Shown: positions 14,177 to 22,893, counted from the stretch's first letter. The stretch is 32,000 nucleotides of DNA from Candidatus Velamenicoccus archaeovorus (GCF_004102945.1 NZ_CP019384.1:150001-182000); one strand, 5' to 3'. Notes: generated by a model not told the origin, from the letters alone. Numbers and translations are program-made.

Positions 14177-16381
14177 ATGCCCATATACACATCCGACCAA
14201 AACGTAAAATCAGGGGTTCCGCTGGGAGGTCTCGGCGCCGGCAAGATGGAGATTTTGCCTCACGGCGGCTTGGATCATTTCACGTTTCTCAACAGCCTCC
14301 ACAGGCCTGTTTGTTCTTCTGATCTATCGGGACGAAAAGGCATCCTTGGTTTTCACTTCGGTATTTTTGCGGCCACCAAGAAGAAAAGAGTTGCCAAGCT
14401 TCTTGAGACCAATGTCCCTGTCGGCTGCAGCGGCATTTCGTCGATCGTCTTTGACGGCAAATATCCTTTTGCCCATCTGGACTACAAAGATGATGAGCTT
14501 CCTGTCCGGTGCGAGTTGGAGGCATTTTCCCCATTAATTCCTCAGGACGAAAAAAGATCAGGCACGCCGGCCGCCATTTTTCGTTTCAAGATTACGAATC
14601 CTACCTCTCAGACGGCGGCTGTTTCGCTTTTGGCCTGCGGTCGCAACATCATCGGGGATTGGATGGTGGGTCGGTTTAACCAGGTGCACGAAACGCCGGA
14701 ATGCCTTTGCGTGAATTTCTTCAATAAGAAAACGCAGGGCGCCGCAGATCCTTTGTCCGGAGAGATGGCGTTGGGAGTGGTCAAAGACAAAAAACTCGTT
14801 TGCACGTATCTGGGTGAGTGGAACATGCAGTCGCGGCCCTTTGTTTTCGACAGGAACGGTTTTTCGCTCCAGGAGGCGTGGACCGCCTTCAGCCGCGACG
14901 GGATGCTGCCTAATACGAATACCGAGCGTGTCGTGGCGTCCGAAAGCGTGCAGTTGGGCGGGGCGCTGGCAGCCCAGACCGTGCTTAAGCCAAAAACGTC
15001 GGTCACGATCACTTTTTTCTGGACATGGTTTTTCCCGGCATATGCCGAAGGCAAGATGTATGAGAATTGGTTCCGCGGCGTCCACGACTTGAGCTTGTAC
15101 ATTTCAAAAAACGCCGCCGGCCTTTATGCCGCCACGCGGGGATGGGTGAAAGATCTCCTGGGCCTTAAAATGGACGCGTGGATCAAGGACGCCCTGTTGA
15201 ACAATCTTTATCCTTTTTCTTCGGGCAGCCACTGGACCAAGAGGGAGCGTTTCGGGTTTTTTGAGGCGCCGGAGATATGCCCTCTTTTGGGGACCCTCGA
15301 TGTCAGGTTTTTTGCGTCCGTCGCCCTTGCTATGTTTTTTACGCAGCTCGACCTCAAGGAGATCACGCAGTTTGCCGAAGCCCAGAGGCCCCAGGGGTAT
15401 GTCCCGCACGACTTGGGTAACAAGCGCAGCGACTTGCCGTCTAACAGCACCAACGGCCTGCTCTGGAAAGACCTGAACGCCAAGTTTATCCTTTTGGTCT
15501 GGCGAGGGTATCTTTTGACAGGCGATGAGGCGTTTTTAAAACGAATGTATCCTTTTGTCAAGAAAGCCTTTTACTGGCTTGCGGCCACGGACAAAAACAA
15601 GGATTTTCTGCCTGACAGCGAGGGGGCGGATACGACTTTCGACCTTTGGCAGCTTTACGGCGTGACGGCATATACGGGTGGCGTGTTCTTGGCGGCCCTC
15701 CTGGCCTTGGAAAAGATGGGTATGCACCTGCAGGACGAAGAGTTTGTGCGCGAGGTCAAAAACTGGCTCAAGAACGGCCGTGCCCAGTTCGAAAAAAAAT
15801 TGTGGCACAAGGGTTATTTTATAGCTTATAATGATAGTAAGAAGGATTTGTCAGAACAGCAACTCTCCCATCAACTTCGCTTTCAGAAAGTCAACATTTC
15901 TTGTACGGCATCTCAGCTGGTGGGGCAGTGGATCGCGCATCTCTTGGGGCTGGGGTATATTGTTTCCCCTGAAAAAGTCAAAAAGGCGCTTGCGACTATT
16001 TTCGAACTTAATGGTTCGGCCTCTAGATACGGGGTGGTGAACGCTGTCTTGCCCTCAGGCGAAAAAGACAAGTCAAACGGACACGCGGAGAACGTCTGGA
16101 TCAGCATGACCTATATCCTGGCGGCCTTGGCCATCTATGAAGGGATGGAGAAGGAAGGGTGCGCCCTCGCCAGGAAGGCCTGGGACAACGTTTCGATGAA
16201 TGCCCTGAATGCCTGGAACCAGCCGGACATGGTGTCGTCGGTCGACGGCAGTTTTATGTTCGGCGACCATTATATGCGCAACATGAGTTTCTGGGCGTTT
16301 GCGATCGCCTACGCGCACAAACGTAAAGATGTTTCTGCATTTTTAAAACGGATCAGAAATGATGAAAGAATCTTATTTTAA
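14177..16381 (+). CDS. GH116-family beta-glucosidase / glucosylceramidase-like enzyme (cytoplasmic)
   Basis: N-terminal GVPLGGLGAGKMEILPHGGLDHFTF.. is typical of the GH116 N-domain. The large C-terminal (alpha/alpha)6-like region has ..PHDLG.., WKDLNAKFILLVWRGYLLTGDEAFLKRMYP, TFDLWQLYGVTAYTGGVFLAAL. The size (734 aa) fits. No signal peptide. Confidence 0.8.
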   Translation: MPIYTSDQNVKSGVPLGGLGAGKMEILPHGGLDHFTFLNSLHRPVCSSDLSGRKGILGFHFGIFAATKKKRVAKLLETNVPVGCSGISSIVFDGKYPFAHLDYKDDELPVRCELEAFSPLIPQDEKRSGTPAAIFRFKITNPTSQTAAVSLLACGRNIIGDWMVGRFNQVHETPECLCVNFFNKKTQGAADPLSGEMALGVVKDKKLVCTYLGEWNMQSRPFVFDRNGFSLQEAWTAFSRDGMLPNTNTERVVASESVQLGGALAAQTVLKPKTSVTITFFWTWFFPAYAEGKMYENWFRGVHDLSLYISKNAAGLYAATRGWVKDLLGLKMDAWIKDALLNNLYPFSSGSHWTKRERFGFFEAPEICPLLGTLDVRFFASVALAMFFTQLDLKEITQFAEAQRPQGYVPHDLGNKRSDLPSNSTNGLLWKDLNAKFILLVWRGYLLTGDEAFLKRMYPFVKKAFYWLAATDKNKDFLPDSEGADTTFDLWQLYGVTAYTGGVFLAALLALEKMGMHLQDEEFVREVKNWLKNGRAQFEKKLWHKGYFIAYNDSKKDLSEQQLSHQLRFQKVNISCTASQLVGQWIAHLLGLGYIVSPEKVKKALATIFELNGSASRYGVVNAVLPSGEKDKSNGHAENVWISMTYILAALAIYEGMEKEGCALARKAWDNVSMNALNAWNQPDMVSSVDGSFMFGDHYMRNMSFWAFAIAYAHKRKDVSAFLKRIRNDERILF

Positions 16382-17573
16382 AGGGGAGAATCTTTCGGAA
16401 AGGTCCAGGAAAAATCTCTTCATCCTGGACGCTATCCGCCGCCGCGGGCCCATCAGCAAGACGGACATTTCCAGCCTGATCGGTCTCAACGTCGTCACCG
16501 TCTCCAACTATGTCGACGAATTCCTGCGGCAGAAGATCGTTTTCGAAAAGGAATTTGACGTTTCCAAGGGCGGTCGCCGGCCGTTGCTTCTGGATTTGAA
16601 TACATCCGCCGGCTATGCGGTGGGTGTCGGGGCCAACCTCTTGGGGACGATCGGTGTCGTGACGGACCTGAGCGGCAAGATCCTGCATAAGGTCAAGAAT
16701 GGAAAGTCCGGATCCGGTTGCCGCGAGGTCGTGGATTCTCTTTTGACGACGACAGCGGAGCTGCTGGACGAGGTGAAAGGCTGCAGGCAGCGGATCAAGG
16801 GTATCGGTATCGGTATCGGCGGCATCGTTGACGCGGCCAAAGAAAAAGTGCGCTGGCCGGAAAAGATAGAGAACGGCTATCATTATCTGGACGTTACTGT
16901 TCCCTTGAAAGATATTCTGGAAAGGGAGTTCCGGCTTCCCGTCGTCATTGAAAATGACGCGACGCTTGCCTGCTTCGGCGAGCAATGGCTGGCGCTGGAT
17001 TCGGACATCAGGAATCTCTTGTACATGTTCTCCGGCGTGGGCTGTGGCCTGATGATTAATAGCGAGATTTACCGCGGCACAAGCGGTTGCGCCGGCGAAG
17101 TGGCCGTCCATAGCGACAGGAAAGAGGCGCCGTATTTCTTGGAAAGATGGGAGGCGGACTTAGGGATAGGCGCGGAATACGTCAAACGTCTCCAATGGAA
17201 GAAAGGCCACGGCTCCGGCGGGAGCAGAGCGTCGAAGGAAGCCGTTGATACGAGCCTGGGCGGGATCTTCGAGGCGTGCCGCAGAGGAGAGGCCCCGGCT
17301 GTGGACGTCGTGCGCGAAGCCGGACGGCGCCTGGGGCTGCGTGTCGCCTATCTGGTTAATCTTCTGAATCCGGAAATGGTCGTGATCGGCGGCGGCATCG
17401 AAGAGGCCGGTATTGTTTTGATCGAAGAGGTCAAGAGCGCTGTGAGCGAATGGTGTTTTGAGGAATCCGCCGGGGCCGTCAAGATCGTTCCGACCCGCTT
17501 GGGCGAAAACGGCGTGGCCCTTGGCGCTGCGAGCCTTGTCACGCGTCAGCTTTTCGCCGCCCTTAACGACTGA
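16359..17573 (+). CDS. ROK-family transcriptional regulator (NagC/XylR-like)
   Basis: N-terminal winged-helix (NLFILDAIRRRGPISKTDISSLIGLNVVTVSNYVDEFLRQKIV) plus a ROK sugar-kinase fold (GVGANLLGTIGVVTDLSGKIL, IGIGIGGIVD, VVIENDATLACFGEQW, GVGCGLMINSEIYRGTSGCAGEVA, VVIGGGI). It overlaps the GH116 gene by 23 nt. Confidence 0.85.
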   Translation: MMKESYFKGENLSERSRKNLFILDAIRRRGPISKTDISSLIGLNVVTVSNYVDEFLRQKIVFEKEFDVSKGGRRPLLLDLNTSAGYAVGVGANLLGTIGVVTDLSGKILHKVKNGKSGSGCREVVDSLLTTTAELLDEVKGCRQRIKGIGIGIGGIVDAAKEKVRWPEKIENGYHYLDVTVPLKDILEREFRLPVVIENDATLACFGEQWLALDSDIRNLLYMFSGVGCGLMINSEIYRGTSGCAGEVAVHSDRKEAPYFLERWEADLGIGAEYVKRLQWKKGHGSGGSRASKEAVDTSLGGIFEACRRGEAPAVDVVREAGRRLGLRVAYLVNLLNPEMVVIGGGIEEAGIVLIEEVKSAVSEWCFEESAGAVKIVPTRLGENGVALGAASLVTRQLFAALND

Positions 17574-17813
17574 TTTTTTTCTTCTTAACTCCCTGAAAAA
17601 AAAGAAGTAATATGATCCGTGGATGAAAAAATCCAGCCTTCGCGGGCTGCGCCCGCAGGACAGACAGGATTCTCCGTTCAGGATTCCGCCCCCCAGAAAA
17701 GAAACCTCGCCTTTTATTTTTCTTTTATCAACCCCATCTTTTTTAATCCCACGGCCGTGAATGGCGGTTGCCTTTGGGAGGAAACCCCCTCAGAGGATAG
17801 CCGATAGGATTAT

Positions 17814-17852
17814 TCGGAGAATTGTTCCAAAGAAAAAAGGAGTCTCGAACTT
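17814..17852 (+). repeat. conserved ~40-nt motif (copy 2) in a gene-free region
   Basis: See 12374-12415. Here no convincing CDS follows it. Confidence 0.6.
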
Positions 17853-17986
17853 AAAGTCCGGGGGGATTCCACAGAGTTTCGAGGTTTGGCTGTCTTTCCG
17901 TCGACAAAAGGCCATTTCATTTCTCTCTCGGCGTCGTAACTCCTGTACTTTCTCCCGCTTAGGTCATGCGATCGTTTAAATTTTTC

Positions 17987-18015
17987 TTGCACATGCGTCT
18001 TTATTATGATATATC
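17987..18015 (+). promoter_or_regulatory. candidate sigma70-type promoter upstream of type-1 leader copy B
   Basis: TTGCAC (17987-17992), 17 nt, TATATC (18010-18015), with TG at 18007-18008. The block tttcTTGcA..TTATGATA is shared with 184-211. A second candidate is TTGGCC (18080-18085), 16 nt, TATATG (18102-18107). Confidence 0.4.
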
Positions 18016-18134
18016 TAAGTTCAAATGAGAGCATCATCCGGCAAAAACACTTAACTTGTGGGCTGGGTTGATGTTCGGATTGGCCCTCTTTTATTTTTTT
18101 ATATATGGGCCGGTCCCCTCGATGTGACGGCGGG

Positions 18135-18291
18135 GTCAAATGAAGGCATAACTTAGCGAGTGCCAACGAGCTAAGTTATATGCCTGAATTTGACTCAGCA
18201 CGAATTTTAGATAAAATTTGTGCTGGGTTGAATTCGCGCATACAACTTATGTTCATAGCGTTCCATAAGTTGTGCGCTCATTCAAGGAGGT
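18135..18291 (+). promoter_or_regulatory. structured 5' leader RNA, type-1, copy B (upstream of coiled-coil gene)
   Basis: P1 18135-18141/18188-18194. Loop GAA (18142-18144)/UGA (18185-18187). P1b 18145-18157/18170-18184 with a 2-nt bulge (18180-18181). P2 18196-18208/18213-18225. GGGUUGAAUUC 18225-18235. P3 18236-18251/18264-18277. CUCAUU 18277-18282. SD AAGGAGG 18284-18290. Confidence 0.55.
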
Positions 18292-18294
18292 GTG

Positions 18295-19500
18295 ATGAAC
18301 AATAAAATAAAAATATTGCTCGTTGGACTTGCCGTCGTGTGCGCTGCTTCGCTTGTCATCGCCTTCCAGCTCAATACCGTTAACAAAGCCCTCCGTAACG
18401 AATTTTCCGTCAAGGAACAGGAATTTGTTTCTGAACGCCAGAGTTTGTCCAATCAGCTTAACAATCTGCAGATCGCCAAGAAGAAGTTGGAATCGGAGCT
18501 CAGCGAGTTGCGCGGGAAATTCGACGTCGCCGTCAAGGAGCGAGATGATGTCAAATCCAAATTTGACCTCGTGACCAAAGAGCGGGCGAGCGCCGTCGAC
18601 CGTCTTCAGGAGCTGATCAAGGAGAACAAGTCTTTGACGGAAGAGGTGGCCAAGCTGAAGGAAACGGGGGGCGTCTCTTATACCGTTTCCACCACCGCCT
18701 CCCAGGACGATGCTTATTGGGCGAAGCTCGTGAAAGACAAGGCCGCTTTGGAGATCGAGGTCCAGAATTTGAAGTCCCAGTTGTCGGATGCGCAACTGAA
18801 GGGCGAGAATGCCATGGAGGAGGGGCGCAAGCTTGACCTCCAGTTCAAGACCATTAACCAGGCCCGGATGGACCTGGAGAGAAAACTGATTTATAACGAA
18901 AAGCTGGCGGAGAGCCTCTCCGAAGATCTTGTCCGGGAAAAACGCGACAAGAAGGCCATTGCCGATCAGCTGGAATCGATCCGGCAGGAAAATTTTGAGC
19001 TCAAGAGCCGTCTCATGGCCTTGGGCGATAAGAAGACGTCGCTGGAAGGTAAGCTTGTTGATCTCCAGCAAGAGCGTGAAATCCTCTCCAAACGCCTTGC
19101 CGAACTGGACCAGATCTTGCAGGAGCGTGTGGATCAGATCATTCAGGTGAAGGATGACCTGAAGGCCGCCAGGACCGAAGCCAAAGAAGCCAGCACCAAG
19201 GATGCCAGGGTTGTTCAGCTGCAACCGATCGTCGTCAAGGCGGCGGAGCCGCAGGTCGCATCGCCGGCCGGCAAACCCGGGGCCGGACAGATCCTGGCCA
19301 TCAATGAAGAGAATAATTTCGTGATCATCGACATGGGCGAACAAGACGGCGTCAAGGTCGGCCAGACATTCAACGTCTACAGGAACACGGAAAAGATTGC
19401 AAGCCTAGAGGTGATCCAGATCCGCAAAGAGATCTCGGCGGCCGACATCAAGTCGGTGACCCCGGGGTCCAAACTCAAGATCGGCGATCTCGTCAGTTAG
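18295..19500 (+). CDS. membrane-anchored long coiled-coil protein with small C-terminal beta domain
   Basis: ATG 18295 lies 4 nt after SD AAGGAGG; the ORF-track GTG 18292 is too close. N-terminal TM helix KILLVGLAVVCAASLVIAFQL. About 300 aa of heptad-like E/K/L/Q-rich sequence follow. The C-terminal ~70 aa are GQILAINEENNFVIIDMGEQDGVKVGQTFNVYRN..LKIGDLVS. I recognise no family. Confidence 0.6.
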   Translation: MNNKIKILLVGLAVVCAASLVIAFQLNTVNKALRNEFSVKEQEFVSERQSLSNQLNNLQIAKKKLESELSELRGKFDVAVKERDDVKSKFDLVTKERASAVDRLQELIKENKSLTEEVAKLKETGGVSYTVSTTASQDDAYWAKLVKDKAALEIEVQNLKSQLSDAQLKGENAMEEGRKLDLQFKTINQARMDLERKLIYNEKLAESLSEDLVREKRDKKAIADQLESIRQENFELKSRLMALGDKKTSLEGKLVDLQQEREILSKRLAELDQILQERVDQIIQVKDDLKAARTEAKEASTKDARVVQLQPIVVKAAEPQVASPAGKPGAGQILAINEENNFVIIDMGEQDGVKVGQTFNVYRNTEKIASLEVIQIRKEISAADIKSVTPGSKLKIGDLVS

Positions 19501-19503
19501 CTT

Positions 19504-19625
19504 AGGTTAAGGTTAAGCCTGTTTTTGGAGTTTGCCTTTCGGCAAGCCCGCCAGGACAGGAAGGGTTAAGGTTGAGAATTGCCAAATTTTCTTAACCTCA
19601 GCTTGAACCTTAACCTTTATTTTTT
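19504..19625 (+). terminator. long nested hairpin (GGTTAAGG words) followed by a U-tract
   Basis: The outer stem is 19504-19518/19601-19616 (15 bp, one bulge). The inner stem is 19569-19578/19589-19598 (10 bp including one G.U). TTATTTTTT follows at 19617-19625. It starts 4 nt after the coiled-coil gene stop. Confidence 0.55.
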
Positions 19626-19650
19626 GAAGCTTTCCCGTCGGGAAAGCTTC
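19626..19650. promoter_or_regulatory. perfect 25-nt palindrome upstream of the LacI-family gene
   Basis: GAAGCTTTCCCG-T-CGGGAAAGCTTC. The following 11-mer CTTCCGATGAA (19647-19657) is identical to 488-498 and 533-543 in the 45-bp tandem repeat. The arms resemble the GGAAAGCTCC/GGAGTTTCC arms of that repeat. Confidence 0.5.
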
Positions 19651-19697
19651 CGATGAAACAGATCCCAAAAAGATGATGCAGGTCATTGAAGGTGGTT

Positions 19698-20717
19698 ATG
19701 ACAGCAAGAAAAAAAGTTGTCAGCATTGAAGATGTCGCCCGCGCGGCCGGCGTTTCCATCACGACAGTTTCCCGCGTTATCAATAAATTTCCTACCGTAA
19801 AAGAAGATAACCGCAGGAAGGTCGAAGAGGTGATCCGCCGCTTGAATTTCAAGCCGAATCTGGCTGCGCAAAGACTGGCCAGCGGGTCCAATTACACGAT
19901 CGGCCTCGAGATCCCGCGCTACGAAGGCATCTTCTATTCTTTCTACGCCATGGAAGTCTTCCGCAGCGTCGGTATCGCCTGCGACAACCTCCGCGTCGAT
20001 TTTTTATTGCATCTGACGGACGGAAAGACGTCCGTGAATGCCGCGGCCGTCGGAGGCGTTGTCTTTGCCGATGTGATCAACAACCGTCAGCATGTCGAAG
20101 ATTTCCTGAAAGCGGGGACCCCCGTGGTTTTGATGAATTATCTGGCGGCGGACATGGATGTTTCCAGCGTCAGCGTTGACAATGCCGCCGGGGCCAAGAC
20201 GGCTGCGGAGCATTTGATCCATTTGGGTCATAACCGGATTGCTTTTGTCACCGGGGACATGGCGACGCAGGCAGCCCAGGATCGCCTGGAGGGTTATAAG
20301 ACCGCCTTGAAAGATGCGGGCTTGGCGATGACCGAAGAATGGGTGTTGCGCGGAGATTATTCACGCAAGTCTGCGCGTGCGGCCGCCGAAAAAATTCTGG
20401 GGATGGCGGCGGCCAGGCCTACGGCTATCCTGGTTTCTTCCGATGACATGGCCATGGAGATGGTTTCGGCCTTTATCGAGGGGGGCCTCAAGGTACCCGA
20501 AGATATATCCATCATAGGCTTTGACGATGATCCCGTCTGTCTTTACGGTCCCGTCGCCCTGACGACGGTCCGCCAGCCCATCAAGGAGATGGCCCAGGAA
20601 GCGGTGAAAGAGCTTTATTTGCGCATGCAGGATCCCGATCGCCAGATCAACAAGATCATCTTGTCGACAGAGCTTATCATCAGGGATTCCGCGCGAGCGC
20701 CGAAAAGATCCCCCTAG
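19698..20717 (+). CDS. LacI-family transcriptional regulator
   Basis: N-terminal HTH VSIEDVARAAGVSITTVSRVINKFPTVKEDNRRKVEEVIRRLNFKPNLAAQRLASG, plus a periplasmic-binding-protein-like sugar-binding core (..AFVTGD.., ILVSSDDMAMEM.., ISIIGFDD..). I prefer ATG 19698 (GAAGGTGG upstream) to the ORF-track TTG 19686. Confidence 0.9.
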   Translation: MTARKKVVSIEDVARAAGVSITTVSRVINKFPTVKEDNRRKVEEVIRRLNFKPNLAAQRLASGSNYTIGLEIPRYEGIFYSFYAMEVFRSVGIACDNLRVDFLLHLTDGKTSVNAAAVGGVVFADVINNRQHVEDFLKAGTPVVLMNYLAADMDVSSVSVDNAAGAKTAAEHLIHLGHNRIAFVTGDMATQAAQDRLEGYKTALKDAGLAMTEEWVLRGDYSRKSARAAAEKILGMAAARPTAILVSSDDMAMEMVSAFIEGGLKVPEDISIIGFDDDPVCLYGPVALTTVRQPIKEMAQEAVKELYLRMQDPDRQINKIILSTELIIRDSARAPKRSP

Positions 20718-20748
20718 GGCGCGGGCCGCTGTTGGAACAGTTGATCTC

Positions 20749-21789
20749 ATGAGCCTGATCTTAAAAGACCTCCACAAGAACTTTCTGGCGACAGGTGTCG
20801 GAAGCCTTTCGATCGTCGAGCCGCAGGCCGCCGTGGACAGCGTCTTGGGGAGTTTTCAGCGGCAGATCCCGTTCTGGCCGCAGCTGCCCCGCCGTTCTTT
20901 TTGTGAAAACATGTATGTTCAGTTCACGGAGAACCTTCCGGGCATCTGCGTGGACGAGGTAAAAAAAAGCGTCTGGGTGGATACACAGAAAGACGACTAC
21001 CTGGAAAAATTTGAGCAGTGCTTCCATAACATCCAGGCGTCCGAAGTGGATTATTTTTCCATCAGCCGGCCGTATGCCGAAGGGTTGTATGTTTTGACGG
21101 AACGGCTCATGGCTGCAGGATGGGATCAGTGGGTCAAGGCCCAATTGATCGGCCCTGTCAGCCTGGGGCTTACGCTCCTGGATGAAAACAAGAATCCGGT
21201 TGTATATAACCCGGATTTTTTTGAGATGCTGGGCGGTTTTTTGGCGCTCAAGAGCGCCTGGCTGATCCGTCAGCTCCGCGTGACGGACCGGACAAAAGTC
21301 ATTATTTTCATCGATGAGCCGTATCTGGTCGCCGTAGGGACAAGCCAGTGCGCGTTGCCCAAGGAGAAGATCACGGAAAAGATCAATCAGGTCGTTGCCG
21401 TGATCCATGAGAACGGCGCCTTGGCGGGGCTGCATTGCTGCGGCAATACCGATTGGGAATTGGTCCTCGACAGCAACATCGACATCCTGAATTTCGATGC
21501 CTACGGCTATTTGGATAAGTTGCTTTTGTATGAGAAGGCCGTCAACAGGTTTTTGAAGAGGGGCGGTATTCCTGCCGTCGGGATCGTGCCTAACAATGAG
21601 GATATCGAAAGCCCCGGGCTTCTGGACCGTATATGGCAGGAGCTCATGGCCCGCCGGGAGCTGCTGGCCAATGGTGCCCTCGTGACGACCAGCTGCGGTT
21701 GCAGCGGACTTTCGGTCGCCTTGACGGCCGAGGCGTTTACGGCCTGCACGCAGCTCGCCGAAAGGCTGAATACATATTTTAATGGATAG
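20749..21789 (+). CDS. UROD/MetE-like (beta/alpha)8 superfamily protein, function unknown
   Basis: The pattern resembles cobalamin-independent methyltransferase/URO-D folds: FIDEPYLVAVG, GLHCCGNTDWELVL, ILNFDAY, VTTSCGCSGL (possible His/Cys metal ligands). The assignment is from motif resemblance only. Confidence 0.45.
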   Translation: MSLILKDLHKNFLATGVGSLSIVEPQAAVDSVLGSFQRQIPFWPQLPRRSFCENMYVQFTENLPGICVDEVKKSVWVDTQKDDYLEKFEQCFHNIQASEVDYFSISRPYAEGLYVLTERLMAAGWDQWVKAQLIGPVSLGLTLLDENKNPVVYNPDFFEMLGGFLALKSAWLIRQLRVTDRTKVIIFIDEPYLVAVGTSQCALPKEKITEKINQVVAVIHENGALAGLHCCGNTDWELVLDSNIDILNFDAYGYLDKLLLYEKAVNRFLKRGGIPAVGIVPNNEDIESPGLLDRIWQELMARRELLANGALVTTSCGCSGLSVALTAEAFTACTQLAERLNTYFNG

Positions 21790-21797
21790 AGGAAACA

Positions 21798-22035
21798 TTG
21801 CTCCTCGCTTAACCACTTGAAAATTTATGCCAGGAGGGCTTGGTTAGCTTCGCTAGCCGAGCCACTCGGCATAATTTTTCTGCGTAAGCTCGGAGTTAAC
21901 CCAGAAAGGGTAGGCCTCCGCATGCCGCAGAAAGCGGCATACTGGCTCATCCAATGGAGCCAGGTAATCCACATAGCGGAGGGCCTAACTTTGTAAGGAA
22001 ATAACCTATTAGGAGCAAAGTTAAGGAGGTGCGGG
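21798..22035 (+). promoter_or_regulatory. conserved 5' leader, type-2, copy B
   Basis: TTGCTCCTCGCTTA at 21798-21811. Twin hairpins at 21924-21965. The pre-SD hairpin is 21986-21993/22016-22023. SD AAGGAGG at 22023-22029. See 9612-9817. Confidence 0.55.
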
Positions 22036-22893
22036 ATGCTCATTATGAAAAAATGGAGTGTCGGTTTGGCGGCGGTTTGTTTTGTTTTTGCCGCGGCGGC
22101 TGCCGCGCAGGCGCAACAGAATGCCGAAGAGGCGGCCCCGATGGATAACGCGGCAGAGGTTGTTGAGAATGCGATGCAGGCCCCGGTTGTCATGAATGAG
22201 GCGCCGGCCCCCGCCGTCATGAACGAGACGGCAGTCCCGGCTGGAGAAGGGGCGCCGGCCCAGGCGCCGGCAGAAGGCGCGCCGCAGACGACGGCGGCGC
22301 CGGCGGCCGCGGCAGCATCGGCGGTTCCTATGACCGCGGCAGTCTCGGCAGGGGCCGATCAGAAGGCTGTGCAGGCCATTGCGGAGACAGCGCCGCAGGC
22401 CAAAGTGATGGAGATCAAGGACGAAGAGGCCCCGACGGAATGGGTGTGGGGCGAGGTCGTCAGCACGGACAAGGAAGTGCCGTCGGTGACGATCAAGCAC
22501 TTGGATTATAATACGTATGAGGAAGTCAAAACGACGCTGCTGTTGACCGGCAAGACATTGTTTGAGAATGTTAAAGATCTTTCAGAAATCAAGGCCGGTG
22601 ACCGGATTACGGCGGATTACAGGGTGCAGGATGGAAAGAGCGTTGCCGAAATGATCGTCGTGGACAGGCCGGCTGTTGAAAAATCGAAAGATACCTCTTC
22701 CTCAGCTGCCGAAACTTCTTCCGCATCGCAGGGAGAGGCGGCTTCGGCAGATGTGACGGTGGATACGACGGCAGAGCCTTCGGTGGATGTGATGGATCAA
22801 GGCGATACAGCCGTTGATCAGGGGCAGGTGGATGAGGAGGTTGCGGCGATGAACGCCGTGACAGAAACGGATAACGCGCAGAACCCGTCCTGA
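22036..22893 (+). CDS. secreted Ala/Pro-rich protein with small central beta domain and acidic tail
   Basis: Signal peptide MLIMKKWSVGLAAVCFVFAAAAAAQA/QQ, similar to that of the 9818 gene. A low-complexity A/P/V/Q region follows, then EWVWGEVVSTDKEVPSVTIKHLDYNTYEEVKTTLLLTGKTLFENVKDLSEIKAGDRITADY.., then a D/E/S/T-rich C-terminus. Confidence 0.55.
   Translation: MLIMKKWSVGLAAVCFVFAAAAAAQAQQNAEEAAPMDNAAEVVENAMQAPVVMNEAPAPAVMNETAVPAGEGAPAQAPAEGAPQTTAAPAAAAASAVPMTAAVSAGADQKAVQAIAETAPQAKVMEIKDEEAPTEWVWGEVVSTDKEVPSVTIKHLDYNTYEEVKTTLLLTGKTLFENVKDLSEIKAGDRITADYRVQDGKSVAEMIVVDRPAVEKSKDTSSSAAETSSASQGEAASADVTVDTTAEPSVDVMDQGDTAVDQGQVDEEVAAMNAVTETDNAQNPS

Noticed and set aside
17619-18166. Small ORFs in the gene-free region: 17619-17807 (+), 17761-17979 (+) and 17810-18166 (-).
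   Set aside because: They use non-ATG or SD-less starts and have odd compositions. They have no motifs, and they overlap the promoter and leader elements.
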